DNA of 64,000 nucleotides from Leptogorgia sarmentosa (Eukaryota): NCBI GenBank assembly GCA_964658305.1, contig OZ210885.1, positions 5,642,001 to 5,706,000 of the forward strand, read 5' to 3'. Shown piece by piece: positions 51,302 to 64,000 of this stretch (position 1 is its first letter; each line of letters starts with the position of its first letter). The notes under the pieces were generated by a model. It saw only the letters and a program-made list of their open reading frames with translations, ran no database searches and was not told where the DNA came from. The position numbers and the translations under genes were made by a program.

Positions 51302-53546
51302 TGAGAAATTGATGATTTAACAATTCTAATTTTTTTACTAATGTATTTAATTTCGCGTGGTTAAATTTCGCGAGGATTTTTATTCGCGCGACTTTAATTT
51401 CGCGATTTTTTTTCAATCGCGAAAATCGCGAAATTAAAGTCACGCGAAATTAAGTACGAATAAGGTAGATAATTATCTGAAAACATTAATATACATTATG
51501 AAACAGTTCATAGGCCCGCAATTTCGAAATAGTGAAATGAATAAGTTAACACTAGCTTAGTAGTCTTTCAGCAAAGCGAACTGTTTATATTTAGTATAAC
51601 TTTAGTAGTAAAAATGGTTTTGATAAATTTTGATTGCTTGCGAACCAAGCCTGACTCCTATAAGGCTAAGGATTATTTACTAGTAGCTTTCAAACTAGGC
51701 TTCGAAAAGTATAAACACGTGTGTGTTCAATTATTTTTTGCAATTAGATTTACTAATCAAATTATACCGAAGCAATTATTTACCTTACCGGCAACGCATG
51801 ACATCATGACTTTATTATGATAAAGTTTAATAAAATTTATTATGATATTTCTTTTGCAGGGAACAAAAAAACAAGAACGATTTCATGGTGAGATAATGCA
51901 TTGGAAATAAATCCGTGTCAGAATCAAAGTATTTTGCTATTGCATGAAAGAAAGCGCACGATAATCTAACATTCCCTGCATTGTTAGTAGTTTCGTCGAT
52001 TGCAAACTCGTTTTATTTAGCAGCCCTACATGATATAGTGATCGCTAAAATGACGCTATTAAAAATCTCCAATAATAGACCAATGTGTATTACTATTAAT
52101 AATCACATTACATATTATAGCCTACTTTCAAATGTTCAATGTTCAAATTCCTACCCACTGATTCACTTACTCATTTTCTCATTAATCATACCAGTACACT
52201 TACTATTATCTATTCCTCGAAAAACGCCGAGTACGAGTAACAAAGCATGTGAAGTTTTGTAAGAAATGTATCCTCTGGCTCGCAGTTTTCGCCCCCATAT
52301 GCATCAACTAATCACATAAAAATCTCGAGCTCGAATCTAATTGTAATGGGGATATTTTCTCGTCAGGAAATAAAAGTATGCTAGTGGGTGAATAGATATA
52401 TACCAATACAGATTTGTTTATTTTTCTCTACATATACAGCGAAAACTTGTGATGATTGGTACCAATCAGGCAAGACAGTCACAGGGGTGTACACAATCGA
52501 TCCAGACGACCAGGGAGCTTTTGATGTGAGATGTGACATGGACACCACTCCTGGAAGAGGTTGGACTGTATTTCAGCGACGTGTTGATGGTTCTGTGGAC
52601 TTTTTCCGAAACTGGACTGACTACAAAAATGGATTTGGAAATTTGGATGGTGAATTTTGGCTCGGTTTGGACAAAATTCATCGTCTGTCCACCTCTGGAC
52701 AAAATGTTCTGAGAGTTGATCTTGAAACGTTTGAAAACGAGACAGCTTATGCAATTTATGAATCGTTTTCTGTGGGAAATGAAAGCCAAGCTTACATTTT
52801 GAGTGTTGGTGACTACTCAGGTAAGAAGTTATAAACTATGACTTATGAGGATAACTGAATACATCCTCTCGGAAAGCATACCAGAGCGAGAATAGCTTTT
52901 TGGTTGCCTAATTACCCAATTTGAAAGCGTGAATTAAGCATGCGAAAAACTAATTATTCTGAAAAAGGCAAGTTTGCGCGGCGTTTTTTAATGGCTTAAA
53001 CTCAACCAATTTTTTTTGAAATTTCGAAAAGCCAATACAAAACTCGACAAAGTTTTCGTGCATTAACTTCAATATTACTTTCAATTGTTTAAATTTGAAA
53101 GTAACTCGCGTGCAAGCCGTTTCTTTTTGTTGGAAAAGACACTTCTAGTATAATATTCCATAATAATTACGCAATAGAGTTTTCATTATGTTGTCGATTT
53201 TCGAATTTTCCCTTGTGTTGTATTTTATTGAAATAATTTAATATGTGCGTTTTCGTTCATTTTGTATTTCATAGGAACAGCGGGAGATTCCCTTGGTCCA
53301 TATCACAATGGGGTGAAATTCAGCACACATGACGTCGACAATGATTCGATTGATGATTTTAACTGTGCTCAAAACAATCATGGCGGGTGGTGGTTTACAG
53401 CCTGTCACAACAGTCACTTGAATGGTGAATATTTAGAAGGTCATCATACTAAAATGAGAGGCACAGGTGTCAACTGGCATCCTTTTAAAGGACATCAGTA
53501 TTCGTACAAAATCGCCGAAATGAAAGTTGGACACCATGGAAGTTAG
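49585..53546 (+). CDS. Secreted PAN/Apple + fibrinogen-related domain protein (FReD-5), 336 aa
   Basis: Exons 49585-49687 (signal), 50766-50992 (PAN), 51860-51887, 52440-52820, 53275-53546 (TAG); GT-AG and in frame, 1011 nt; FReD motifs [39 protein letters not shown]. Confidence 0.92.
51006..51465. mobile_element. TA-flanked MITE with aatttcgcg subrepeats
   Basis: TA|ccttattcgtacttaatttcgcg ... cgcgaaattaagtacgaataagg|TA; absent from the equivalent intron position of the paralogues; contains an (AT)n tract at ~51274-51301. Confidence 0.85.
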
Positions 53547-55174
53547 AACGCTCCCCTTATTATCAAACACTTTAAACAACTCCTAAATTTGGCCACTAGC
53601 CTTCAATGTATATGTATATAATGCTATTGACTAAGCGTGAGGTCCGTACTGGAGGATGTTGCACGGTAGATCATGAGTTCTTTTTTCGCCGCAGGCGAGG
53701 CAAAATAATGGTTTCCGAGGCAATGGCTTCCCTGGCATTAGAAATAGATGCATGCGGCCACCCCTCGCCTTACTAACGAACAATTTAACTAGTACTTGCA
53801 CTTGCATGGAAAATGATTTATTTAATTAAACTTTGTTGTCGTGCATGCATGTATGTGTGTTTTGGAAAGCGTGAGGATGTAAACAAAATTTTAATCCTAA
53901 TTGCATGACATGCACGAATTATAATTATATGTTTTAGAATTTAGATTATATTTTACTGTTTCATGTAATCGATATGCTTCCAGTATTGTCAGCAGCTCAG
54001 ACACTTATCTTTAGGACAATGCGAAAATGTTCACAATTGGGAATTATCATCACCCACAATGCAAGAGCTGAATAAAGCCTTTTATAAAAATAACCGGAAG
54101 TAAGTAAAAAGAATGCGCGCTCGTGATTGGCTAACAGCCGTGTTGATGTGAGATTATGTAAACACAGCTATTTCCCGCTGCTTCTCGCTATTGCGTTATT
54201 CCACTTTCGTCATCGTGTTATTTTATAAAAGTAATAGAAAACATTTTCCTATGTTTACATTGAGTTATGTAAACACGAGTGCAAGTTTGGGAAAACGAGA
54301 AATGCGTGGAAACACTTGCCCTTCGTGCTTGTGTTTCCTCACATTCCTCGTTCTCCCAAACTTGCACTCGCGTTTGCATAACTCGATGTAAACATAGAAA
54401 TCTTTTCCATTCCTTAAATAGTACTCGTGGTGTTTGAAAAATTTCCCAATGGCACCGGTGATGTTGTTGATGGGCCTAACCCCAGCAAACCACTCCACGT
54501 TCCAGGGTGGGATTAAGCCCTGAGTGAAAGGCACGTAACCTGAACACTCCGGGAGGCCCTATTATATTTTATAATATAGCGATGGTCCGCTATAAATCTT
54601 TTTACGCTATAGTCGTTTCCTGTGTTAGATTGGTAAGTTTGTCGGTTGTTTTGGATCATCCGCTACTTCCAACGAACACCCATTTTAATTAGTTTAGACG
54701 TTTCTTTCGTTCCCTTATTGAGACCTAACTTTTATATAAAGCAAAGTAACATCAAACATGAATTCATATATATGACCTGACGCATTTCCTCAATGAGTTA
54801 ATCTACATTGTGCATTGTGGGTAACATAAATGTTCGTACTGGTTAATCCGGCCCTACAACGTTGCACGTTCCCTGAGTTTACTAATAATGAATCAGCAGC
54901 CCTGTTTTTTTATTTTTCAGTTTTTCAAGCTACAATATAAGCTTTTCCCGTGTCCCAAAAATAGTTTACAGTGGTGAAAATGCGGCAGTTTTGAGTCATT
55001 ATGTACATAAATTAATATAATATTGACAAGTGTAAAAATGTTTCACTCATGGTAGTCGTCATATTCTTATTCTTTCTGACACGTTTGCTGACAGAATCCC
55101 CATTTAAGATTATCACAGACAAAAACTCCAGTATCTTAATGTGCTTTGGTTTCATTAGCTTTTCGATAAAATCC

Positions 55175-58100
55175 TTAAATTGGTGATGTACAGTTTTTGA
55201 TGTGGTATTCCAGTTTCCTGTCCTCACGTGCCTCGAAAACTCCGACCAGCGGTGTCCCAAAATATGATATCATGCAAATCATGATGAAAGAGGTGGCAAA
55301 CACGTGACGTCGCCAATATTTTAACCACACCCTGCGCATTGGAATATCATAGACATGGATTTGAATAAATACCGAAATAATGTTAAAGAAAAAATCTATA
55401 ACTGTGCTTATGCAAATTCTGATTAACGAATACTTGATCACCTCCCAAGGATGAACGGTAAAATTGGTGGCAAGATACAGAACCAAGTAAGCTTGACTAA
55501 GTATTACCGTCGTGTACTCAAACAAGATGTTTTGGATTTCCAAGTCTGCGTTGAAACGGCGGATACGGGGAGTATTTAACGGCATGACATCCAATGTTGC
55601 TCCACAGCGAGTCTTATTAGCGAGATGAATGAAACATTTCCACATTTTAATGCGAAGATTCAGGGTTCCTTTACTGAAAACATTCGAAACGCCATGTAGC
55701 AAAGACAAGCCGATAAAGAGCCAAATATTCTGAAAGTCTGACTGCATTGTACGGTAAAGTCCAATTGCGCCACCACGAAGGAAGTATGAAAGAACGAAAG
55801 CTTTATCAGCCGTGACAATTTCGGAGCTTTTTCGTAACACAAGATATTTGGAAACAGCAGTTGGTACCAATACTAATCCTGGCGTGAGGGCGGCAATCAC
55901 TGCTTTCTTTATCTTGTTTTGTGTTTGTTTAAAACGCTCAACGATTATATAGGTGTAAACGTAGGAGACTACAGAGCAGGCCAAAAAAGTGAAAGATAAG
56001 CAGAAACATATCTGACATAGTGAATAGACCAACGATGGACTGATTTTCTTAAGCTTTCGCGCGACCAAATAGACTCCAAGCAGAATGGTAAAAATAAACA
56101 ATATGTTATCAGGCAATCTGAAAGAGAAATTAAATAGAATTTTTTTAATAAAGTTGAATTTTGAATTGCCTTCAAAAATAATTTTCTCATTAAGGAGGAA
56201 ACTCTCTTGTTATTCTTCATAGAAAATTCCTATTCAAGAAAATAATGTTTAAGAATGTTTTTTTTTAAAATTCTTTTCAACATGGTGAGTCGAATATCAT
56301 AGAATACTAATGTACCCTATAGCTTCATTGTTTTATATGAAGCGTTGGGCTGTGACGATGTCTCCCAAATGTATTGCAAGTTTTAATCTTCATTTCGGAA
56401 ACAATATAATCTCAATTGCGCTTTTCATATTCAACATTATTTAAACCTACGTTTATTCGTAATTAAATCTGTAAGTTTCTTATTTGTCTGAATTCCTCAA
56501 TCATTAGACTGAGATGAGTTTAAATCCAGACAAACTGGAGCAGATTATCATATTTCATAACATGTTTTAACAATGAATACGTTTCCGCAAAAGATTGAAA
56601 ACTGCGTAGAAAATATTTTTTCAATTCCACAGATTGCATACTTAATTGTTCTAAGAGCAAAGTTCGTACAGGCTGTGAAACACCCATTACCACTAGTAAT
56701 GACTGAACACACATTCCGGTATTTCACAAAGGCAACTTTCATGATTTTTCCTAATCGATTATCTCCAATGTTTCTACAATGGGTATATGAACCAATCTCG
56801 TACCCTGAGTCTGCGATCTTCGTTTGGAAGAATCGAAGGCTCTGGGATAATCCATGAAATTGCGCGAATCGTGTTGGCTGTTGAGACGTTATTTCGCAAT
56901 AATAAACAACAATGGCGGCCGAAATAGGAGTGTGATAAGAAGTTTTGACACTGTTGCAAATAAATACAATACAATATACAGTCGACAAAAGCTTCAAAAC
57001 CTGTACAAAACCATTTGGAAAGAGTCTATTATTCACTAAATGTTCAATGACATTTCACACATGTGCATTTGGGTCGACGTACAGAAATCTGCCCTCGCCA
57101 CATGGATTATCCCAGAGCCTTTGATTCTCCTACGAAGATCGCAGGCTCAGGTTACGAGATTGGTATGAACTAGGACGAGTCACTCCAGTCCCCTCCCAGG
57201 CGATTCCGTTCCCACTCATTATGAATGCTATTCTCATGTGAGGCCGGGAAATTGCTGCAAAGAGTTATTTTGACCTCTTCACGGAGCAACAACTAAAGAG
57301 TGGAACAGCTCTTTAATTTTGAGGTGAAGAAACTACTTTTTCCCAACTAGATGAACACGACTACAGCCTCGCACAGACGAACAACTTTTCCTTGACAAAT
57401 TTGTGGAAACATTTTTTTTATTGATCACTTTTCGCGTAAGCAGTTTTATGAGCTTGCATTCTGCAGACTCTTAACAGTACTTCATGTATATCTACCATAT
57501 AATTGTTTTGACAAGGTCATTTATACATATGACCAATATACGCGCAATGGCGTACTGGGCACTTTGTAGTTAATTTTTACTGGTTGACCGCACACACGAA
57601 TAGTTTCCTCAGTGTTCAAAAGCTTGTCATGCATATTATGGCAGGCTTCTTGTCAAGGAAATTAACGTAAATGTTTTTGCTGTACCGACGAATTGATAAA
57701 ACTCGACATGTCAAGGCTTAGCAATCAAAACTAGTACTACTTAATATCTAAATGTGAAAACCGTTTCATTCCTAATGCTTATTTAAATTGCTCGCGAATA
57801 TTCGAACCCATATCGATTCTCAAATCTCAAGTGCACTTATGCAAATTTAAGATGCATGTTATATCTAAATAAAGAGTTTTTTATGCATCGCAATACTGCA
57901 GGGTCAAGCATCCACTTTCATGACCACAGACGAAATTAGACGCCCTCCCTTTTATGGAAAACAAAAATCAAAACTGGTAACAACATACCTATATTTGTAA
58001 TTATTAGTCACGGAGTACTGGTCAAATACAACAGCTCTGTATACCATTGTGAGTGTGACTGTGAAGCAAGAGACAAGTAAGCACGACAGATGATTCTCTT

Positions 58101-58614
58101 TGAATTCATTCCAACCCCATAACATCACTACACTAACAGGAACCCAAAAATAGAGAGGAAGAGCAGTGAGAGATGTACCGATAATTTGCAAAACTTTTAT
58201 TGTTGATGGTATAGTGTGGTTATAGTGTCTCCACTCGATGCACGAATTTGTCACATTTAAGTCAACATAAACTAAAACAGTTGTCATCAGCCCCAATAAT
58301 ATCACGGCAAGCAGTAAGACGAGATTTACTTGAAAACTCCGTCGTAACGATTCGCAAACACTTCGGCTCGTGCGACTTTCGGTCGTGTCCGTCGAAACAG
58401 AAACATTTAATTCTTCATAGTACGGTAAATCGTCCGGTTTGTAGGTTTCGTATTCCCGATGAACTAGTCCATCTTCTTGCTCTTCATCCTCGTTGTCTTG
58501 ATCAAAGATGAGCCAGTAACATCTTCGCAAGTTATCTCGAGATATTTGCGGTATTTGTGTGAAAAATATTGTGCCGAGCGAAACTAAGACTCCTACAAGT
58601 TCCTCCAAAATCAT
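55175..58614 (-). CDS. Uncharacterised multi-pass membrane protein, ~522 aa (start uncertain)
   Basis: Two long ORF-bearing exons, 57989-58614 and 55175-56117, joined by a phase-2 GT-AG intron (YKYR|LPDNILF); many hydrophobic segments and an acidic N-terminal loop. The frame stays open upstream to an acceptor at ~58688, so another exon may exist. Confidence 0.8.
56792..57163. mobile_element. MITE in the intron of the membrane protein gene
   Basis: ~65-bp TIR ccaatctcgtaccctgagtctgcgatcttcgt...ggctctgggataatccatg / catggattatcccagagcc...cgaagatcgcaggctcaggttacgagattgg. Confidence 0.8.
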
Positions 58615-59382
58615 TCCGGCTCTCTGTCGGACTTTCAGATAATCGGTGATTTCCAAGGAGTTATAATTATATTGGTATATTTCAGTCTCTGTTCAATAAT
58701 ACATCGAATAATTGTATTCAATTGTATTACTTTAATCGTATTACTTTTACTCGTAATATAGTAGCAGCCAAATATTTGTGATTCACTAGGTTGCGTACGT
58801 ATAATGATATATAGTTTCAGAACGCTTTGTTTTATACCAGTTTCATTTATTACTTTCTGACGACAGTTTTAATTAGTCATTTGTAAAGAATTTAATTGAG
58901 TTTCGCTATCCGCATTGTTATTCAGATTAAATCTCGTTTCTCCAAGTCAAGCCAATATAATTGTGATCGAGGATACAACAACTATAACAATCAATGCACG
59001 CGCAACAGCTAAAACAGTACCCGTAAAAATATACCCAAAATTTGAAATTTTAACTTGTAATAAAGTACAGAATTATAATAGTTTGGAATTTTATTTTGTT
59101 AACATATCAAAGTTATTTATGTATAAATTATATAGTAGCTAGGCGTTTGCGAATTGCGAGCTATTTTCCGCTTGTAAACTCATGGCTTGGCACAGTTGTG
59201 TGGATCACATGCTTTCTTTATAAATGATTTTCCTGCTTTCCATATTAAGCTACAGTGTGTCCAAAAAAGGGCTACCCTTTGAAGTCTATAGAGACTAGTG
59301 CTGCATGCTCAAACTTGAATACTTTAATTTCATTATCTGGGAGCCGAACAATGCTTAAAGCACAAGCTGAGTCTGGAGTCTG

Positions 59383-59586
59383 CCGCACACGAAAGCTATC
59401 TGCTGAGTTTGACAGTCACTCGTGCCTATTGGCGAAAGCAAAATGATGCTCTCGCGTGTGGCAAAATTTTGAAACATTTTTGGCACGCGAGACGAAAACC
59501 TCTCAAAATTTTGCCGCACGGCGGCATTTTGCTTTCGCCATTAGGCACGAGTGACTGTCAGCTCAGCAGATAGCTCTCGTGTGCGG
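59383..59586. repeat. Palindromic repeat
   Basis: cgcacacgaaagctatctgctgag...gtcactcgtgcctattggcgaaagcaaaatg inverted against cattttgctttcgccattaggcacgagtgac...ctcagcagatagctctcgtgtgcg. Confidence 0.7.
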
Positions 59587-59757
59587 TGGGCTTGACACAT
59601 ACATTGCTGGGGTCAATTGTATGAACGGCGAGTCATCTGGAAAATAATTGAACTTAAATTTTACCAACTAAATTATAAAGTGTAATCCCATGCATTTCAA
59701 TAGTCATTATGTTCAGACAGACAAGTTTAGGTTCATTGTTGCCACTAATGGTTAATA

Positions 59758-59950
59758 AGGCCCGTTCACACGAGCGATTTTTGGCTGCGATTTTCTTCTT
59801 TTGATAGATGTGAACGAGTGGATTGACAACGAATGTGCCGAGTGCGTGCACCTCACCCGAACATTCGTGACTGGTTTACTCGATCACATCCGTCAAAGCG
59901 AGAAAATCGCACTAGAAATCGCAGCGAAATCGCTCGTGTGAACGGACCTA
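59758..59950. mobile_element. Short MITE (Harbinger-like)
   Basis: aggcccgttcacacgagcgattt / aaatcgctcgtgtgaacggacct. Confidence 0.75.
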
Positions 59951-60128
59951 TAGATTGTTCAGTATTTTTTATTCATCGTTTACGTTTAACGTCCTTGGTC
60001 CAACCGGCCCGTGATAAAGAAATTCTGATGGACAAATTCAACGATATCAAAAATTCAAAAAAACAGCGTGACAAAAGTAGTATAACTGTAACGTTTTAGC
60101 CAGAGATATTGCCTGTAGAATGGAAATA

Positions 60129-60410
60129 TCCAGGTGATCTCGTGTTCGTGTTTCAGCCAATCAGCGCCCAGAAAGGGTTGTCCGAATAGAAATCCACTTT
60201 GCTATATTCACGCAACGATATCTTTCGTTATTCTTTATGAAACTAGTTGAAATTTTGTAATTATGTTTGTTTATGAGAACTATAGCTCTGACAAAAATAT
60301 GGAATCGATATCAATTATATTACGGGAGATATTCGGTTGTTTCAATCGAAAAATGGATTTCTATCCGACAGCTAGTCCCAGTCCTTTATCGTGTATCGAG
60401 ATCACCTGGA
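60129..60410. mobile_element. MITE with short TIRs
   Basis: tccaggtgatctcg ... cgagatcacctgga; a second copy lies at 27420-27668. Confidence 0.7.
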
Positions 60411-62150
60411 TTAGGAGTTCGCACAATTTATACATTTATTAGTTATATCGACCTGGAACGAGGGGTACTTATACACTATATAAGCCGGAAGTGATTGAAC
60501 ACTCATTTCCGCTAGAAACAAAAACACATTTCCGCTAACACACAAAACGTTAGCTTGACTGAAGGTCAATGCTGAGGGTTGAGTAAGGGTTGCTAATGGC
60601 GTTGGTTTATCTTTGAATATGACTCGTGGAGTATCTGATATTGTTTTCTTTGGGAAACAGCTGAATAATTGCCAAATGAGCCTCCTCTGTGACAGACTGT
60701 GCATCGTGCAATTTTCAATAAAGAGAAAAAGTTTCCGTACGAAATTCAAACGCTTAAAGGTGATGTCCACTCCGTTCTGCGCATCGGTTCTGCTCATAAC
60801 AAATCGGGACCCGCAGATATAACATTGCAAAAATTTTGTAATGTTCCGAACTTTTTTTGAATCAAAACTCTGGTTTATATCCATTTATGACCATAGAAAA
60901 CCAAAACAGCGTTAGATATGCTGTTAGTATTATCATATTTTACAAACATAGCTGTTCAAAATGTCAACAAAGCATTTGTTTACATTATGAGTGGAGGGCA
61001 CCTTTAAAAGTTTGCTGATTTCATATAATATTTGTACAAGCTAAATCAACACTCTAAATCACACTCATTTCCGCTAGAAATCAGATACTCCACGAGTCAT
61101 ATTTAAAAATAAACCAACGCCATTAGCAACCCTTAATCAACCCTCAACATTGACCCTCAGTCAAGCTAGCGTTTTGTGTGTTATTCTACTCCTGGAGTAT
61201 CCGATGTATTCTGAGATATGGTATTTGACATTTTATGGTATTTGACATTTTTTGAAAGATGAAATTTAACGCCTTTTGAAGTATGGTATTTAAAGAATAA
61301 AACAATAATAAGGCGGCATTTTCCCGCGGAAAAGCGCCATTTTGAAATTCGCGAACATCGTGTGCAATATGGTACGAACAAGAGGAGAAAATACCGGACG
61401 AAGAGGTAGGAATATTGCTCTTTTATCGTCGATATAATTACCTTAGGCTTTTGTAATGTACTGGATGACCCATTGGTTGCGAACAACGCAAGATCGTGCA
61501 TGATTTAAAGCAAATTTCATGAATGGAATTCAAGCTTTAAAAGCTAGCTAGAGTGCACGACGCCACAATGATGCATGGCTAGATTGATTAAGCTTTTATA
61601 ATCCATCAATTCTGGTGACTTGTAAGACAGGGACAAACAAGGATGAGAGTTGGCAGTGGCGCGATCTTAGTTAACTGTACTCGATGCTTTCCCAACATAC
61701 TCGTGAAAACGTAGCCAAATATTGACGTGAAAACATAGCCAAAATGCTCATCAATCTTTCATTTAAACCCTGAAACGTCAATTAGGAATAGCATTCATTT
61801 GAAATACATATCAGCTATTACAGCTGAAGCTCTCAATGCTCATGCATGGGTTGGTTTTATCAAAAGCATTTAGCTTTAGTGATGGAATATATCCAACAAT
61901 TCTGTATGGACTACAAGCGAACTTTCTGTTGAAATATAACAACTATGCAATGTACTGCACATTTTGTTGATTAAGTAGGGCTTCAAGTGCAGATCCCTCC
62001 CAGAATGTATAAAACTTGACTTGTGTCAGGGATGTAATATCCATCATTTATTTACTGATACAGAGGGAAACAGTGAGTTTTGTGCCCCAGAGACTAAAAC
62101 ACTACATCCCCAGTAGAATGCCATAAAATCATATTGATTTACGGCTTAAA

Positions 62151-62407
62151 AGGAATGTAAGTCAACTCGGCCCACATACCAACTCGGCCCACATATAAGT
62201 CAACTCGGCCCAATATTAATATATGGCAATTCTCACTCTAAACAGAAAATATTGTCTTCTCTTTTTCTGAATATTGTCTAATCCAGGCCCAAACATTAAT
62301 TCTGACCCTAACAACAAAATGTTGAGAAAAAAGCTTGAAAGAAATTGGGCCGACTGGACTTATATGTGGACCGAGTTGGTATGTGGGCCGAGTTGACTGG
62401 TTACCCT
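62151..62407. mobile_element. MITE with caactcggccc subterminal repeats
   Basis: Three caactcggccc at the left are mirrored by gggccga(c/g)t repeats at the right. Confidence 0.7.
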
Positions 62408-64000
62408 TAAAAGAGAGAATAGAGCTTAAGACAAATTAATATACTGTATGTATCATCCATTTCAATTATAACATATAATTTTGTTTATGTTGCATTTGTT
62501 TTTCCCATAATGACTGCAGTACTAATTGCCAGAATTTTAGTTCAAGGTAGTTGTAATGAGTCCAATTTTTCTCATGTTGCTTTTTTGACCTTGTTTATAT
62601 AAAAATTTTCTAATTCATAAATTACAGTATTGGTTCATTCCAGAAAACCACACCACCCCCAAAGAGGAGATAAAGGAACCCCCTAACCCTACCCCCTTTG
62701 GATGCCCTAATATATTTACTATTAATTATCGCAATGTTTTCTCCCCTCCCTCTGAATGGCAGAAATTTCCTCCATGGGGAATTATACGTACATCTTTTCT
62801 GAAATCACCCACTACAGATTCGCACTTTATTTGTGAACGTTGAACCCTGGCAAGAGCAATGGGCATACACCCACCTAGGACTTTTTTCTTATTATGTTTC
62901 AGAATATCTCTACATTTTCTTTTGCAGTTGTTGGTGCTAAAGCTCCAAGGAAACAATTGGCTGGTGGTACCAGCATTAGTTCCCCCGGATCAAAAGACAA
63001 ACAGGGTGGGGGTAATCCAGTGAGGTGGACACCAACACCATCATGGCAAAAAGGTACAGTCAGTGGAGTTCATTTCAGAAAATGGGTGAAACATTCTTTA
63101 AATATATGGCTATAACATTTGGTCACAAGCCCAAGCCAATTAAACCCTGTGTAGTATATCAGCATCAAATTATTCCATGTTTTTAGTTATTGTTTAATAA
63201 TTGATAGCAAACTTGTATAAGTTACCTGCACAGGTAGCAGATAACAACATTAACAAGCAGTAAAAAATTTACTCCCCACCTAATAATACTACCTTATGAA
63301 ATTGGACATTTTGAGCAAAGGCCCATCCTTAGGAATTAGTGTGGGACACCTTTGCTTGAGATCTTGAATCTTATTGTACCATTAATTTCGCATTGAGTAC
63401 AAGTTTTCAGAGCCTTTTTGAGCATATTAATTATGGGGGGCAAAAGCCTGTGCACTCCCCCCCCCCCTCACCTGGTAATGTGTGCACTACCTGTGAGGGT
63501 TTCAGTAGAATAATGCTAAATTGGACATTAGAAAAAGAAGCCAATTTTGGAAGAAGTATATAATTTATTTATATCAATTTGAAAACCATATTTCTCACTC
63601 ATTTTGAGCAATGTTTAAATAACTTGATATTTTACACGGAGGAAGGTTAAACTCTTTTTGCAACTGTGGCCAAGGGCAAAAAATTGTTAGCCGGTCTGGC
63701 GGTCTGAGAGAAATGTCGCCATTTTCGAAACAAATTTATTGGCGGGAAATGATCACGTGATCGATATCTTCGCAAATCGCAAGTGAAGATATGGCAAATA
63801 TTTCACTGTGTGTTTTCGGTATCTCATCCTGTCTGCTATAATAAATAGGTACGTACCTTTCGTTTGCAGGTATTGGAAATTTCTTCCAAAAATGCAATGC
63901 ATCAAATGGTGAAAATTCAAACGAGCCAGAAAATGACACGACATCCGATAACCAGATAGCAACAACTGGACATGAGCCATCGTCTGAAATTACTTCGTTA

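Noticed and set aside
54460..54560. tRNA gene or tRNA-derived SINE head on the minus strand
   Set aside because: Only a vague resemblance; no convincing A/B boxes or cloverleaf.
56520..57039. Overlapping ORFs up to 162 aa
   Set aside because: Intronic, partly within a MITE, and without recognisable motifs.
60411..64000. ORFs in the right-hand 3.6 kb
   Set aside because: No domain motifs or coherent exon chain; the region contains local duplications and repeat fragments.

Overview
AT-rich, intron-containing animal DNA; the gene families and repeat landscape suggest a marine invertebrate, plausibly an anthozoan cnidarian, though that is inference. Splice-site and phase reconstruction by hand gives seven genes. 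Five are fibrinogen-related-domain (FReD) genes: a minus-strand signal-PAN/Apple-FReD gene cut by the left edge, a minus-strand Ser/Thr-rich stalk-FReD gene, and three plus-strand signal-PAN/Apple-FReD paralogues, one of them a pseudogene. Inside this array sits a 15-coding-exon, ~1171-aa secreted MACPF gene with C-terminal furin-like and pentraxin domains. An uncharacterised multi-pass membrane protein gene lies near the right end. Introns and spacers are full of non-autonomous DNA transposons (hAT-, Tc1/mariner-, Harbinger- and P-like MITEs, and Helentron/DINE-1-like elements, including a 3.5-kb composite). The main candidate system is a linked recognition-plus-pore-former locus: FReD lectins with a variable ligand-binding exon surrounding a MACPF-pentraxin fusion.
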